IMG/VR virus record: IMGVR_UViG_3300023174_002543
Coordinates: 248,001 to 312,000 of that record
Length of the DNA: 64,000 nt
Direction: 5' to 3' (one strand)
Shown: piece after piece, positions 46,701 through 55,609 of the stretch
Numbering within the stretch: position 1 is the stretch's first letter
Layout: each line of letters begins with the position of its first letter
Position numbers and translations under genes: made by a program
The notes under the pieces: model-generated
Told to the model about the DNA's origin: nothing
What the model saw: only the letters and a program-made list of their open reading frames with translations
Database searches by the model: none

Positions 46701-47258
46701 GTGTTCTTCATCATCAAACTCATCTTCACCTAAAGAATTATTAACACCTTGGTCAGCATCACCTGCACCCGGTAATGATATATCACCGGTAGCCATTAAG
46801 TCTTTAATCTTTGTTGCAGATTGTTGATCCTTAGCAGTAATACCAGTTGGTTGATTATTCATTGTAATTTCACTTGCGCCTGGCAGTGGCTTAACACCTA
46901 AACTAGCATCTTCATTCAATGCCAATTCTGCTTCTTCAATATATTCTTTCAATGAGTGTTTAACAGATTTCTTACCTACTTCTTTGCTTGGCTTCTTGCC
47001 ACCACCAAATACTGAACCTAATGTTGCTGTGTCGTATTTTTTAACTTCACCTGAATCATCAGCACCCTTCTTAGGACGACCACGACCCTTTTTAGGTGCT
47101 TCTTTTTTATCTTCTGCACCTTTGTTTACTTTACCAACTTTATGCCCATATTGGTCACGAACATCTTCTTTGCCATAACTGTTACCATAAGTACCTTTAT
47201 GAACTTTACTATCTTCATTAATAGCATCTAGTGATTGTATTAGGCTTCTGAAATCCAT
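43767..47258 (-). CDS. large acidic/basic modular putative head (core) polyprotein
   Basis: MDFRSLIQSLDAINED leader; many [LIV]xE junctions; modules: AT-hook GRGRP, LPEWVQEK helix, SKAQQRFFGMV, KYGKEGM, CNECG..CGC; C-terminal WKKLSGIK. Confidence 0.65.
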   Translation of the reverse strand: MDFRSLIQSLDAINEDSKVHKGTYGNSYGKEDVRDQYGHKVGKVNKGAEDKKEAPKKGRGRPKKGADDSGEVKKYDTATLGSVFGGGKKPSKEVGKKSVKHSLKEYIEEAELALNEDASLGVKPLPGASEITMNNQPTGITAKDQQSATKIKDLMATGDISLPGAGDADQGVNNSLGEDEFDDEEHGSHDPAEYGMEGDYVKNQLHTIARVTSHLEEKLSDSEDLPEWVQEKVSQAKGMMVGVMDYIASEKERDMERETGEEGVISEKAKSKAQQRFFGMVHAMQKGKKVPGASKELKGVAKDIGKKDAKDFAKTKHKGLPDHVGEDASQNTPPAQQSPIPISKEFKQLFRMNHGGAKRPMEEDEVSMSNPGKLSNQEYKDSMNQRYGKPDLDTSRMNKSHQDFYDKNPSFKQSGKEIVTPGDGRLASKVVPAVTDTKVGRIPMNTPGGSAGRGGGMGGGTGLGGRRPGDDNRLNPLKLENSDEYAQYDIPRVEIRGFGPDFEDLPAGKKLINPMQPRRHNELSPPTRGDSSPHPSVTNVDLTVDEENVSEDKKRMSRAAKGHEKYGKEGMEALAKAGREGASEKKLDTIRNKYDKYDNKKKVKESTTMKATQLTEGAMKDLLINFYSDVESHKGDGSVFDLKKARNVQQAEEILKALVKHGDEYDGLDNSSQNELVNQTLKYLAHEKELPFNTFANADKERFATRTPNDLSSYRQNPGAKPGSDFSKPGSPMAVPRTPATGSNGFLKTLSTPQTFNESNDMKDKQFESWERELNSLLVEGITVSHSTGQQGSPDSLSINATEHDAGELMSILRNSGMGMFGGSKEQNSGYGAPMQGDEGDEEEFHQGIKIAPSPDVVGDGDDMLALIKKMSGIASDPGTPGSVEGDYEDEEGNEEVDEQYLSEPIVAKPSPDDTHPPSTPAPPPATPGSDGQVSELRAEYPGGSTELPEDDDGVTPTRPQTVTMKWRDSDEEPESGMGGLRKMNPEPTITYDPPEQDDDEVDEGNAFTDKLRKTPKGGEFKMGDKSYKDTSSIEEGDMEEGNAFTGKLAQTPKGGEFKMGDKSYKDTSSIEEGQENCNECGYPMESCGCDHVEEGYSNDAGGDAMGDTELLQLKELLSMGNDLHREKRTQSTGNIQKVTMETKLLKDATELLTDWKKLSGIK
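44038..44249 (-). repeat. 111-nt tandem duplication (EGNAFTxKLxxTPKGGEFKMGDKSYKDTSSIEEG)
   Basis: Two near-identical copies offset by 111 nt (44038 and 44149). Confidence 0.9.
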
Positions 47259-47270
47259 TATATGTAATCC

Positions 47271-47483
47271 TTATTTTTTCTTATCTAACTTATCTTCAAT
47301 ACGGATAAGTTGTTTTTTTAAATCTTCTAATTTATCGTTATTGTTTTGTACATTTACACTAGTAACTTCCATTTTAGTGTCTAATTTTTGCATAGCAGCA
47401 TCCATAGTCATGTATCCGGTACCGCCCATGCTACATGCTCCAATTACTATCCATGTCAGTTGACTAGTTGAAAAATCTACCAT
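47271..47483 (-). CDS. small membrane-anchored coiled-coil protein
   Basis: N-terminal hydrophobic segment then LKKQLIRIEDKLD. Confidence 0.6.
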   Translation of the reverse strand: MVDFSTSQLTWIVIGACSMGGTGYMTMDAAMQKLDTKMEVTSVNVQNNNDKLEDLKKQLIRIEDKLDKKK

Positions 47484-47485
47484 GA

Positions 47486-48097
47486 TTATTTACCTTTGTT
47501 TATTCTAGCATTACCCGTCAGTGGTTTCTGAATGGGGGTTATCTTTGACATTGGACTTTGTGTATTGATACCTTCTTTGCTCTTGTTAGGACTTGATGGA
47601 GTCTTTGGCGCATCAAATACATAGTCAATACTAGGTCTCTTAGGGACCACTTTGTCTAGGTACTGATTAGCATAATCTTTACTAGCTTGCTTACCATTGT
47701 CTTCCATTTCAGGTTGCAGTAATAATGGCTCTGCCTTCATTTCATTTCCAAACTTTTCACTTTCTGCATTGATACTATCATTGTAATCAGTAGTAGTAAC
47801 TCTAACTTTATTGATGTTGCATCCTAATAATTGTGCAACTTGCTGAATCATTGGTTCATTAGCTGGGTATTTGAATTCAGCTTTAATTATGGTAATTGAT
47901 TCGTTTTGCAGTTCAGGAAATCCATATGGATCTTTTTGAATAGGGGTGGTTTTTGGATCTTCAATTTTAACTGGGTCAAATTTTGAAAGATTATGCATGA
48001 ACATATCCAAGAAATTCTTATCTAAATCACCTGCGATTTTGATAGTATACTTGTATGTTCTTGCTGATTCCATTAGATAGTGACGAAGGCTTTTCAT
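47486..48097 (-). CDS. putative head protein
   Basis: MKSLRHYLMES capsid-targeting-like leader; late promoter at 48122-48115. Confidence 0.6.
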   Translation of the reverse strand: MKSLRHYLMESARTYKYTIKIAGDLDKNFLDMFMHNLSKFDPVKIEDPKTTPIQKDPYGFPELQNESITIIKAEFKYPANEPMIQQVAQLLGCNINKVRVTTTDYNDSINAESEKFGNEMKAEPLLLQPEMEDNGKQASKDYANQYLDKVVPKRPSIDYVFDAPKTPSSPNKSKEGINTQSPMSKITPIQKPLTGNARINKGK

Positions 48098-48123
48098 ATT
48101 TTATTCCTATATAATATTTATCT

Positions 48124-48609
48124 TTATTGCGTTTTTTTGCTTTCCAATATACTCTTAAGGAGTTCATTGCGATCCAATAAAGCACCCTCACCAGCCGGAA
48201 CTGCTTCAATTTCTTTTACTTTTTCAGTAATCTTATGGTCTAGAGCTGCTTTCTTCAATTGCAAGTCAAGCATTTTTAGTTTTTTGTTGATTTTAGCAGT
48301 CTTTGCAGTAATAGCATGACCTAACATACTACTAGCACTATTGAATATTTCACTAGCAAAGCGACTATCAACTTGCATACCTAGATCCATTAAGTCTTTA
48401 TAACTTCCTGTAGCCATCTTAGCAAGTTCGTCCATTTCATTGTCACTTGCTTCAAGGCCTCTAATTTGAGGTAATGCGTTTTCTATCTTTTCTAATGTAG
48501 AATATGCTTCTTGTGATATTATTTCCATTTCCTTATTTTGAATAATATCCTCATTGAGTGTATCATCCAGTTGCGGAAGTTCAAATAATTCTTCAAGTTT
48601 TTTTGTCAT
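48124..48609 (-). CDS. possible terminase small subunit (gp16-like helical hairpin)
   Basis: 161-aa helical protein: ...DLMDLGMQVDSRFASEIFNSASSML...LDRNELLK, architecture like gp16; tentative. Confidence 0.45.
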   Translation of the reverse strand: MTKKLEELFELPQLDDTLNEDIIQNKEMEIISQEAYSTLEKIENALPQIRGLEASDNEMDELAKMATGSYKDLMDLGMQVDSRFASEIFNSASSMLGHAITAKTAKINKKLKMLDLQLKKAALDHKITEKVKEIEAVPAGEGALLDRNELLKSILESKKTQ

Positions 48610-48637
48610 ACTACTATCCTAATAATAGTAGTATTTA

Positions 48638-49075
48638 TTACTTTCTTTTACCCTGATAGAAAAGGTCGTCTTCTGTGATGACGCGGAAAGTAAGACCGTT
48701 TTGTTTACAAAATGCCATAGCACTTGCCCATTTAGCATGATTGACTGCTACGACTGCCCGGTCTCTTGCACTTGCTACACGACTTTCAATCAAACTTTGT
48801 TTTTTGGGTTTAATTTCAACAATTTCTGCTCTTTGTTGACCGTGTTTATTTTCATATACAACTAAAAAATCAGGTATATAGTTTGTTCTTTTACCTGTCA
48901 ATGGATGCATATACGGTATAACAATCGACTCACTAGACCATTGAATAATATTTTTATTTTTATCACAGAATTGCATAAAGGTAAATTCCCAACCACTACG
49001 ATATTTAGGGTTATGTTTTCCTATATATTTCTGAGGTTGAGTAGGTACAAATATACCCTGTGCATAATTAGCCAT
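48638..49075 (-). CDS. gp4: head completion nuclease (T4 gp4 / TnsA-like)
   Basis: KYRSGWE..FM.FCD....QWSSE...IPY...YIPDF...EIKPKKQ...VNHAKW..A..FC...F.VITE. Confidence 0.88.
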   Translation of the reverse strand: MANYAQGIFVPTQPQKYIGKHNPKYRSGWEFTFMQFCDKNKNIIQWSSESIVIPYMHPLTGKRTNYIPDFLVVYENKHGQQRAEIVEIKPKKQSLIESRVASARDRAVVAVNHAKWASAMAFCKQNGLTFRVITEDDLFYQGKRK

Positions 49076-49437
49076 TATAATATAATATTACGCTGAACGT
49101 TTTCGTTGGGTTGCGGCATGACACTAATACCATACAGTGCAGTTTTACTTTTGATGTTATTCAAATAATAAATCATAATAGCATTTGCTTCTAATTTTGT
49201 TTTACCCTGAACAAAACTTAATAATGTCAATGGATCATTGCCAGTGATTCCTGATATTCTAAAAACCATAGTTGCAAAATTAGCTGCAATAGTATCGCTA
49301 TTGTTTATTGATTTAAAATAACTACGAACTATTTCGTACTTAGTGGCATCTACTACCATATCGTAGTTGTAAAAACTATCAAATAATTTTACCGATGTGT
49401 CTAGAGTTGAACTAGGTGCGTCTACTGTATTTGCCAT
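49075..49437 (-). CDS. hypothetical structural-region protein
   Basis: 120-aa coupled ORF. Confidence 0.6.
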   Translation of the reverse strand: MANTVDAPSSTLDTSVKLFDSFYNYDMVVDATKYEIVRSYFKSINNSDTIAANFATMVFRISGITGNDPLTLLSFVQGKTKLEANAIMIYYLNNIKSKTALYGISVMPQPNENVQRNIIL

Positions 49438-49439
49438 AA

Positions 49440-50849
49440 TTATCTACCGTTGTTAATGCTTTTAATCTGTTGATTAACTTGGGCGTTAGTCAAACTAGCA
49501 GTACTAGGACTTATATTATTAATTTGCTGATTAACTTGTGACTGTGGAATATTGACATTGGAAGCCATTACACTGATTTGATTATTTACTGTAGCAGTAC
49601 TTACTCTATCACTTGTACGATCCATTTGATTTACATATGAACTTGATGATGGGCTATTTGAGCCACTAGTAGAAGATGTATTAACATAATTACTAACACT
49701 AGTCGATGCACCTGATATACCACTAACGATTCCAGAGTTAACATCATTAACTACACTTGTAGGCGTAGCGTTTTGTGTAGGAAAATTGAACAAATTATTT
49801 CTATTAGGAGTGCCTGCTAACCAGCTAGTTCCAGCAGCTAATGCTTCACCTTTTACTGAGTTAATTAATGTTTGTGGATTTTTAAATGTTCTAGCAGTAT
49901 TAGTTATGCCTCTCGCAGCACCTAGTATATTTCCATTTTGGATATCTTCCATAATACCACCGGCACTTGCAATCAAGCCACCTTGACCCATAATACTAGA
50001 GTTACTACCAGGAGCTGCCAACGGGCTTAATCTCTTATCATAATGTGCTTCTTGACCAAACTTAGGTACTACTTGCTCTGGATTTTTACCATCAACTGCA
50101 CCTGTATAGTACTTAACTGTTTCATATTCAAGAGTCATTGAATTTTCCATGATACCGTTAGTTTCACTATAACTATATGTGTCATGGTTAAAACTTTGAA
50201 TCATTGGATTAATTAATCTATACAATACAAAATTATGTTGATTAAATCCATATATGTTTATAGACCTAAAGAAAGGATCTTTAGTGTAACTAGAACTAGA
50301 TGTGTCGGGTTCTCCTATATAGCCCCAATCGTCATCTTGACTTATACTAGGATCATATAGAGTTCTTTTGTTTATATCTCTTGTTTTTCTTTTATCACCG
50401 TTTAGTCTAGTAGAAGTAGAACCAACCGGATCAGATTGCAATGCATCCTTATAATAATAGGTATAATATGCATACCATAACTTATTAATTAGATTACTAT
50501 TATCATCATGGAATTGAATTTGAATAGGATCATATTTGATTTTAGTTTGTACGATTCTTTTGCGATTATACTGGTTCATCGTATGCAAATCAAAACTATA
50601 TTTTGGCAATTGAACAGATTTAACTGCTAGCCCATAATTTCTATCAGTGGGCATTGTTGGCTCTTGTAATGCAGTTATAAGATTATCATTGGTTTCAAAG
50701 TATACATGAAATAAAAATTTATACTTGGGAGCATAACCATATCCATTTGATACAAAGGTTTTACTTGCGTGAGTATAATCACGCAAGTAATCATTAGTTA
50801 AGAAACCTTTTGCAACGTCACCTAAGAACTGTTGAAAGAAGCCGGCCAT
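49440..50849 (-). CDS. tail tube-like baseplate/tube initiator protein (gp19/gp54 fold)
   Basis: VKSVQLPKYSFD..MNQYNRK...KYDPIQIQFHDD...LINPMI...MTLEYE. Confidence 0.7.
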   Translation of the reverse strand: MAGFFQQFLGDVAKGFLTNDYLRDYTHASKTFVSNGYGYAPKYKFLFHVYFETNDNLITALQEPTMPTDRNYGLAVKSVQLPKYSFDLHTMNQYNRKRIVQTKIKYDPIQIQFHDDNSNLINKLWYAYYTYYYKDALQSDPVGSTSTRLNGDKRKTRDINKRTLYDPSISQDDDWGYIGEPDTSSSSYTKDPFFRSINIYGFNQHNFVLYRLINPMIQSFNHDTYSYSETNGIMENSMTLEYETVKYYTGAVDGKNPEQVVPKFGQEAHYDKRLSPLAAPGSNSSIMGQGGLIASAGGIMEDIQNGNILGAARGITNTARTFKNPQTLINSVKGEALAAGTSWLAGTPNRNNLFNFPTQNATPTSVVNDVNSGIVSGISGASTSVSNYVNTSSTSGSNSPSSSSYVNQMDRTSDRVSTATVNNQISVMASNVNIPQSQVNQQINNISPSTASLTNAQVNQQIKSINNGR

Positions 50850-50851
50850 TA

Positions 50852-51487
50852 TTACCTTGTACTACCGATACCTGTTACAGCAGTACCACCGAACGCACGA
50901 CCTACATTAGTACCAATACCAGAAGACAATGGTGATTGAACTGCATTATCGAAACGAATTGACAATTGAATTGTCGCTGGTTCATTTGACTTATAATCCA
51001 TATTGTTATAATTTACAGTCTTAATGAAGCACCCATATAATTCCCATACTTCTAATGTGTTAGGAACTAATACGCCGTTACCACCGTCAAGTACTTCATA
51101 AGTAATTTGAAATTTATAATCTTGTCCAGTAGCTGCAGATGCCTGTTCAACAAAGTCAAATTGTTTCTGAATTTGTTGACCTACTAATTTACTTACATTA
51201 CCTGCGGCATCATCACGTAAATTAATCTGTGTCTCCTGCCATGTTGGTTTACCAGTAATGTATATTTTTGAATTGTAAATTGGAAGTTCGATTTCGTCAA
51301 ATTGAATTTGAGGACGTTGAATATCCATAACTTGTTTAGTCAATTCTTGGGTAGAACCACCGACACCAAAGTTAAGAAACAATGCTCTAAAGCGATACTG
51401 TAACTTAGGCATTAACAAGCCCTGAGAACTAGGGGTGTTGTCTGACCCTACTGTCATGTTAAACAGTGAATTTGAGGCTGTTGCCAT
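50852..51487 (-). CDS. gp19: tail tube protein (gp19-like)
   Basis: PKLQYRFR...GKPTWQ..INLRDD...WELYGCF..VNY..MDY...IQLSIRFDNA; immediately after the sheath gene. Confidence 0.85.
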   Translation of the reverse strand: MATASNSLFNMTVGSDNTPSSQGLLMPKLQYRFRALFLNFGVGGSTQELTKQVMDIQRPQIQFDEIELPIYNSKIYITGKPTWQETQINLRDDAAGNVSKLVGQQIQKQFDFVEQASAATGQDYKFQITYEVLDGGNGVLVPNTLEVWELYGCFIKTVNYNNMDYKSNEPATIQLSIRFDNAVQSPLSSGIGTNVGRAFGGTAVTGIGSTR

Positions 51488-51514
51488 TTTTATATCTCCT
51501 TAATATTATTTATC

Positions 51515-54500
51515 TTACTGTGAACTCAAGGTTCCTGTGTTAACTATACGTACTGGAATATAGATGAATTCAGCAGCTTTCACTGGTTCAATTGCAACGT
51601 CAATCCAAAGTTCATTTCTATCAATGCGTGATGGAGTATTATTAGTTTCATCACATATTACTAGATAGTCATATAGACCACGTTTTGCTACTAAATCAAT
51701 AAACAATGACTGAACAACAGCAGTTATTTGACTACGTGTTAATGAATCATTTGGTTCAAATACAAACGGACGAGCTGCAATTTGTAATTGATATCGTATA
51801 TAACAAATCAATCTTGCAACGTTAACTCTATCTAATGAACTATTACTTGCGTATGATGTTTTATTACCATAGTTCAATAAACCCACACCAGTAAAGTATG
51901 CTAATGGATTAATCTGATTTTCATATAATACATCACGAATACTCATACGATTCTTAACTGATTGGAATTCACCAGTATTACCGTCTAAGTAACCAATATT
52001 TGTAGCATTAGTAATGTTACCTCTACGAACACCTGCCGCTGCTAACCAAGGATAAGCGATAGTATCATTTGTTAAGAATGTACGCAATATCATATGACTT
52101 GCTGGTACAACTGCGCTTGCACCTGATAAGTCTGTTGTGATGCCGTTTGGATAGAATACACCTAAATATGTATCACGTGTTACCCAACCATCTTCACCTG
52201 TTTCAGTTGCCATCATTTGATTAGTTGCCCAACTAGTTAAACTAGTTGCTTGGTCATCTAATCTCAATGGAGTGTCACCGATGATGAATGCAGTTTGATT
52301 ACGGTCATTATTCAATGTAATCATATCTGCTTGCAACTCAGGATAGTTAGGTGCAGCAATTAGATTAATGAATGTGTCTTCTTCACGTATCTGCATGTTA
52401 GTATTGATTGCTTCTTTCAATGCTTGCACAACCATATTACGTTGAGCCTTACGACCCATATAAGCTGAACCATCTTCTTTCTTACCACTAGCACTAACCC
52501 ATGCATACGGAACGTCTGGAAGTTTTGGTACATGTGCTGGATTTGTATCGTTCGCTGGATATGCATTTGGATAGTTTGCAGGGGTGAACCAATTTGGTTC
52601 AAAACGCTTAACGTTAAATCCGCTACGTCTTGTGTTGAACAATAACATACCCTGTGGATATAAACGAGCCTCTGGACAATCTAAATCTATATAATTACTT
52701 GAAATTAAACTAGTTATAGACGGTACTGGATCGTTGACTGGATCTACTAATCCGCTATTAGCCCAACGTGCGTCTGCGAACAATATACCTGAACTTGATA
52801 CTTGGTCTGAATTATCAATAGATACCCATTGATCCACATTGCTCACTTGTTCCCAACGACTTAAATTTGGATAGTTTTCTAAATCTGCTGAGTTCAACCA
52901 TAAATCACCATACACTAATGCTGATCCATCATCTTGTGTAACTGGAATACTTGCAGATATGATGACACCTGCAGGATTAATAGTACCTGTGCCGCTTAGT
53001 AAAGGTCCAGTAGGACCGCCACTTGTGTCATACGCAGTATTCTTATAACCTACCCATTGAGTACCCTTTTTGACCATGATGTCAACTTCAGTAGCAGTAC
53101 TATAGTACCAATGTTTCTGTGGGGTAGGTAGAGCAGCTGGAGCACCTTCATTAGAGATATAGTCTAATGGATACCAGTTACTCAACGTAGCAAAGTAAAT
53201 TGGTTTCGCTACACCTGACAATATTGTTACTGTATTGATTGTTCCAGATCCGCCGATTTCTTGCACAACCAATGTTAAATCATTAGCTGGACTCAATCCT
53301 GCTAAACGATCACCTGTAATTTTAATACGATCTCCTACAGTATACCCTGTACCTGCGGCAGTCACACCATTTACAACGTAATGTCCTCGGTCATTAGAAA
53401 TATTAAATGTTGCACCAGTTCCTGCACCAGCACTACCATTTGCATACGTAGTACTATTCTGTGGTACTGCAGGACTTGTAAATGTATCCAAGAAGCCTCT
53501 TCTTACGCCCGGTGTACGTATCCCGTCTGTACTAAATCCTAATGCATAACCTAGATTTTGTGGTGTACCAGTAGGAGATGCAGTACCTATATATATGTCA
53601 CCTCCTAATGTATGCGTGATTTGCAATGCACCGTCAGTTGTAATAGTTGCTTTAGTATAAGGAATTTGTTGTGCCGCCCATACAGTAACAAATGTTGCTA
53701 GTGTAGCATCAACCACTGATATGCTATACGTATTACTAACGGTAGTAGATCCTGGCATTGTTACTGCAACTTTAAGTGATGCACCAATATAACCTGAAAG
53801 ATCCGGATTTGATACTGAACCAGTAACTATTGTAGGTCCAGTTGAACTTCTATAATAAAACTGTATTGCGGCTTCCGGAATATATTGCGGATTTAGCGTA
53901 GCAATTACTGTTCCAGCTGGGATAGCTGCACCACCGGTGGCATCTAATTCAGCTAATGCAGTTAGTTCGGTTTGAGCTATACCTACTCGTTTAGCTACAA
54001 ACTGTCCTTTAGCAGAACTATATTGACTCAATGATAAATCCATTCCCGCGCCAGTCTGACTTGTCTTGATCCATACAGATCCACTAGGTCTAGGACTATC
54101 TTGACTTGCAGTCCATAATGGCATTTGAGCACTTGAACCAAATGACACTTCAGGAGTGAAGTAAGAACCAGCAACGATACCTAAATCAGCTAATAAAGTT
54201 TCACTACCATAGCCACTTAATATAATTGATTTGTTTCTTCCATATTCACCGTAATATAATACCAATGAACCACTTTCTACCTTTGCAAACAAATCACCGA
54301 TAGCTAATGCATTAATAGCATTAGCTAAACCAGAAACAGTATTGTTTGGGCTTGCAGGAACTGAAACATCTCTGTTAACAGTTAATGTAGGAATATTAAT
54401 ATGAAGTCTTTGTCCAGCAGTTAAAGAGATTGGAGTAGCATTTCCAATCACTGTAGGATTAGACATTTTCCATTCTCTAGTACCAATTGGGACCCAAGTG

Positions 54501-55150
54501 TTATTAGATGGGCCGCCCATTGTTTTATAGAAGAATGTATGTGCAGATAACAATCCAAATGTGGCTTCGATTGGAATTACTGCATAGTCACCTGGATTAC
54601 CGATGGAATCAATAGGATAACGGTCATTGCCATTAGTAACAGTATTTGGACTTGTTAGCACATAAGGTGTAACTACTTCAAATTTATTAGTATTAGAATT
54701 AAATTCATAGATACCCCAAATACTATTAGTAGTATCTAACCAATATGTACCATCTGGAGGAGGTCCTTCTGGGCGTGTCAATGTTCCGATCAATTCAGCT
54801 AAGTCAATGTCAGCACGTAAAATATAGCAACTATTGGTAACTCCTAATAATGAGTATGCAGCCAATAAGCCATACTCGTTGAGTTCGTAACCGTGAATTG
54901 GTGTTCCGTCTGTTGTCTTATAGAAGAATGGTGTACCAAACAATGTTACCAAATCACGTTGACTTGTTAATTGATATAGTTTATTAGCATTACCTGCTAA
55001 TGTTCCGGGTGCTACTGTCCCCGCAGATGTAGAACTTGCTTTATCAGTTGCAGTTGCTAAAATTAGTAAAGGTATTGAATTTGATGCGGCAGGCAAATAT
55101 TGACTTTGGTCAATGATTGATACTTGTACGCCTGGTGAATTTAATGCCAT
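51515..55150 (-). CDS. gp18: tail sheath protein (gp18-like)
   Basis: MALNSPGVQVSIIDQS; C-terminal PWLAAAGVRRG, RVNVARL, FVFEPND, ICDETNNTP..IDRNELWIDVAIEPVKAAEFIYIP. Confidence 0.95.
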   Translation of the reverse strand: MALNSPGVQVSIIDQSQYLPAASNSIPLLILATATDKASSTSAGTVAPGTLAGNANKLYQLTSQRDLVTLFGTPFFYKTTDGTPIHGYELNEYGLLAAYSLLGVTNSCYILRADIDLAELIGTLTRPEGPPPDGTYWLDTTNSIWGIYEFNSNTNKFEVVTPYVLTSPNTVTNGNDRYPIDSIGNPGDYAVIPIEATFGLLSAHTFFYKTMGGPSNNTWVPIGTREWKMSNPTVIGNATPISLTAGQRLHINIPTLTVNRDVSVPASPNNTVSGLANAINALAIGDLFAKVESGSLVLYYGEYGRNKSIILSGYGSETLLADLGIVAGSYFTPEVSFGSSAQMPLWTASQDSPRPSGSVWIKTSQTGAGMDLSLSQYSSAKGQFVAKRVGIAQTELTALAELDATGGAAIPAGTVIATLNPQYIPEAAIQFYYRSSTGPTIVTGSVSNPDLSGYIGASLKVAVTMPGSTTVSNTYSISVVDATLATFVTVWAAQQIPYTKATITTDGALQITHTLGGDIYIGTASPTGTPQNLGYALGFSTDGIRTPGVRRGFLDTFTSPAVPQNSTTYANGSAGAGTGATFNISNDRGHYVVNGVTAAGTGYTVGDRIKITGDRLAGLSPANDLTLVVQEIGGSGTINTVTILSGVAKPIYFATLSNWYPLDYISNEGAPAALPTPQKHWYYSTATEVDIMVKKGTQWVGYKNTAYDTSGGPTGPLLSGTGTINPAGVIISASIPVTQDDGSALVYGDLWLNSADLENYPNLSRWEQVSNVDQWVSIDNSDQVSSSGILFADARWANSGLVDPVNDPVPSITSLISSNYIDLDCPEARLYPQGMLLFNTRRSGFNVKRFEPNWFTPANYPNAYPANDTNPAHVPKLPDVPYAWVSASGKKEDGSAYMGRKAQRNMVVQALKEAINTNMQIREEDTFINLIAAPNYPELQADMITLNNDRNQTAFIIGDTPLRLDDQATSLTSWATNQMMATETGEDGWVTRDTYLGVFYPNGITTDLSGASAVVPASHMILRTFLTNDTIAYPWLAAAGVRRGNITNATNIGYLDGNTGEFQSVKNRMSIRDVLYENQINPLAYFTGVGLLNYGNKTSYASNSSLDRVNVARLICYIRYQLQIAARPFVFEPNDSLTRSQITAVVQSLFIDLVAKRGLYDYLVICDETNNTPSRIDRNELWIDVAIEPVKAAEFIYIPVRIVNTGTLSSQ

Positions 55151-55267
55151 TTTGTTTTCCTTTAAATGTTATGTATAGGGTTCATTCCCGTCATAGTAAT
55201 ATTTAGCATAGGATCGTAAAAATACCCCAATAACCATGCCTTCGAAGGTTATTTGCTAAATAATAGC

Positions 55268-55609
55268 ATGAGACCTATATGCAAGACCTGCAACAAAAAT
55301 TTTTGTGCTATTAATTATAAACGTGATGATGTTACACACTATCGTAGCGGATGTGATGAGTGTGGTAGAAAGAAGAAAAAGTTAGTAGCTAGGATGCCCG
55401 GATGGCAAAAAGCAAATTACAAGAAAAAAACCACATGTGATTTGTGCGGTTTTCATAGTATCTATCCCAGTCAAACATTAGTCTATCACATAGACGGTGA
55501 TTTGAAAAATGTAAAATTTAACAACCTCAGAACTATATGTTTAAACTGTGTTGAGGTTATTAAACGCAAAGAAGTTACATGGCGTAGGGGTGACTTAGCA
55601 GTTGATTAA
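55268..55609 (+). CDS. Zn-binding HNH-like protein
   Basis: Likely start 55268 (GCTAAATA-ATAGC-ATG); CxxC x3, VYHIDGDLKN...NLRTICLNC. Confidence 0.7.
   Translation: MRPICKTCNKNFCAINYKRDDVTHYRSGCDECGRKKKKLVARMPGWQKANYKKKTTCDLCGFHSIYPSQTLVYHIDGDLKNVKFNNLRTICLNCVEVIKRKEVTWRRGDLAVD

Noticed and set aside
48638-49075. TnsA-like transposase or mobile element
   Set aside because: Motifs and structural-operon context match the T4 gp4 head completion protein; no transposon ends or partner genes.
55268-55609. Mobile homing endonuclease
   Set aside because: Short, with a degenerate HNH motif and its own late promoter; nothing indicates an intron or insertion, so it is kept as a plain CDS.
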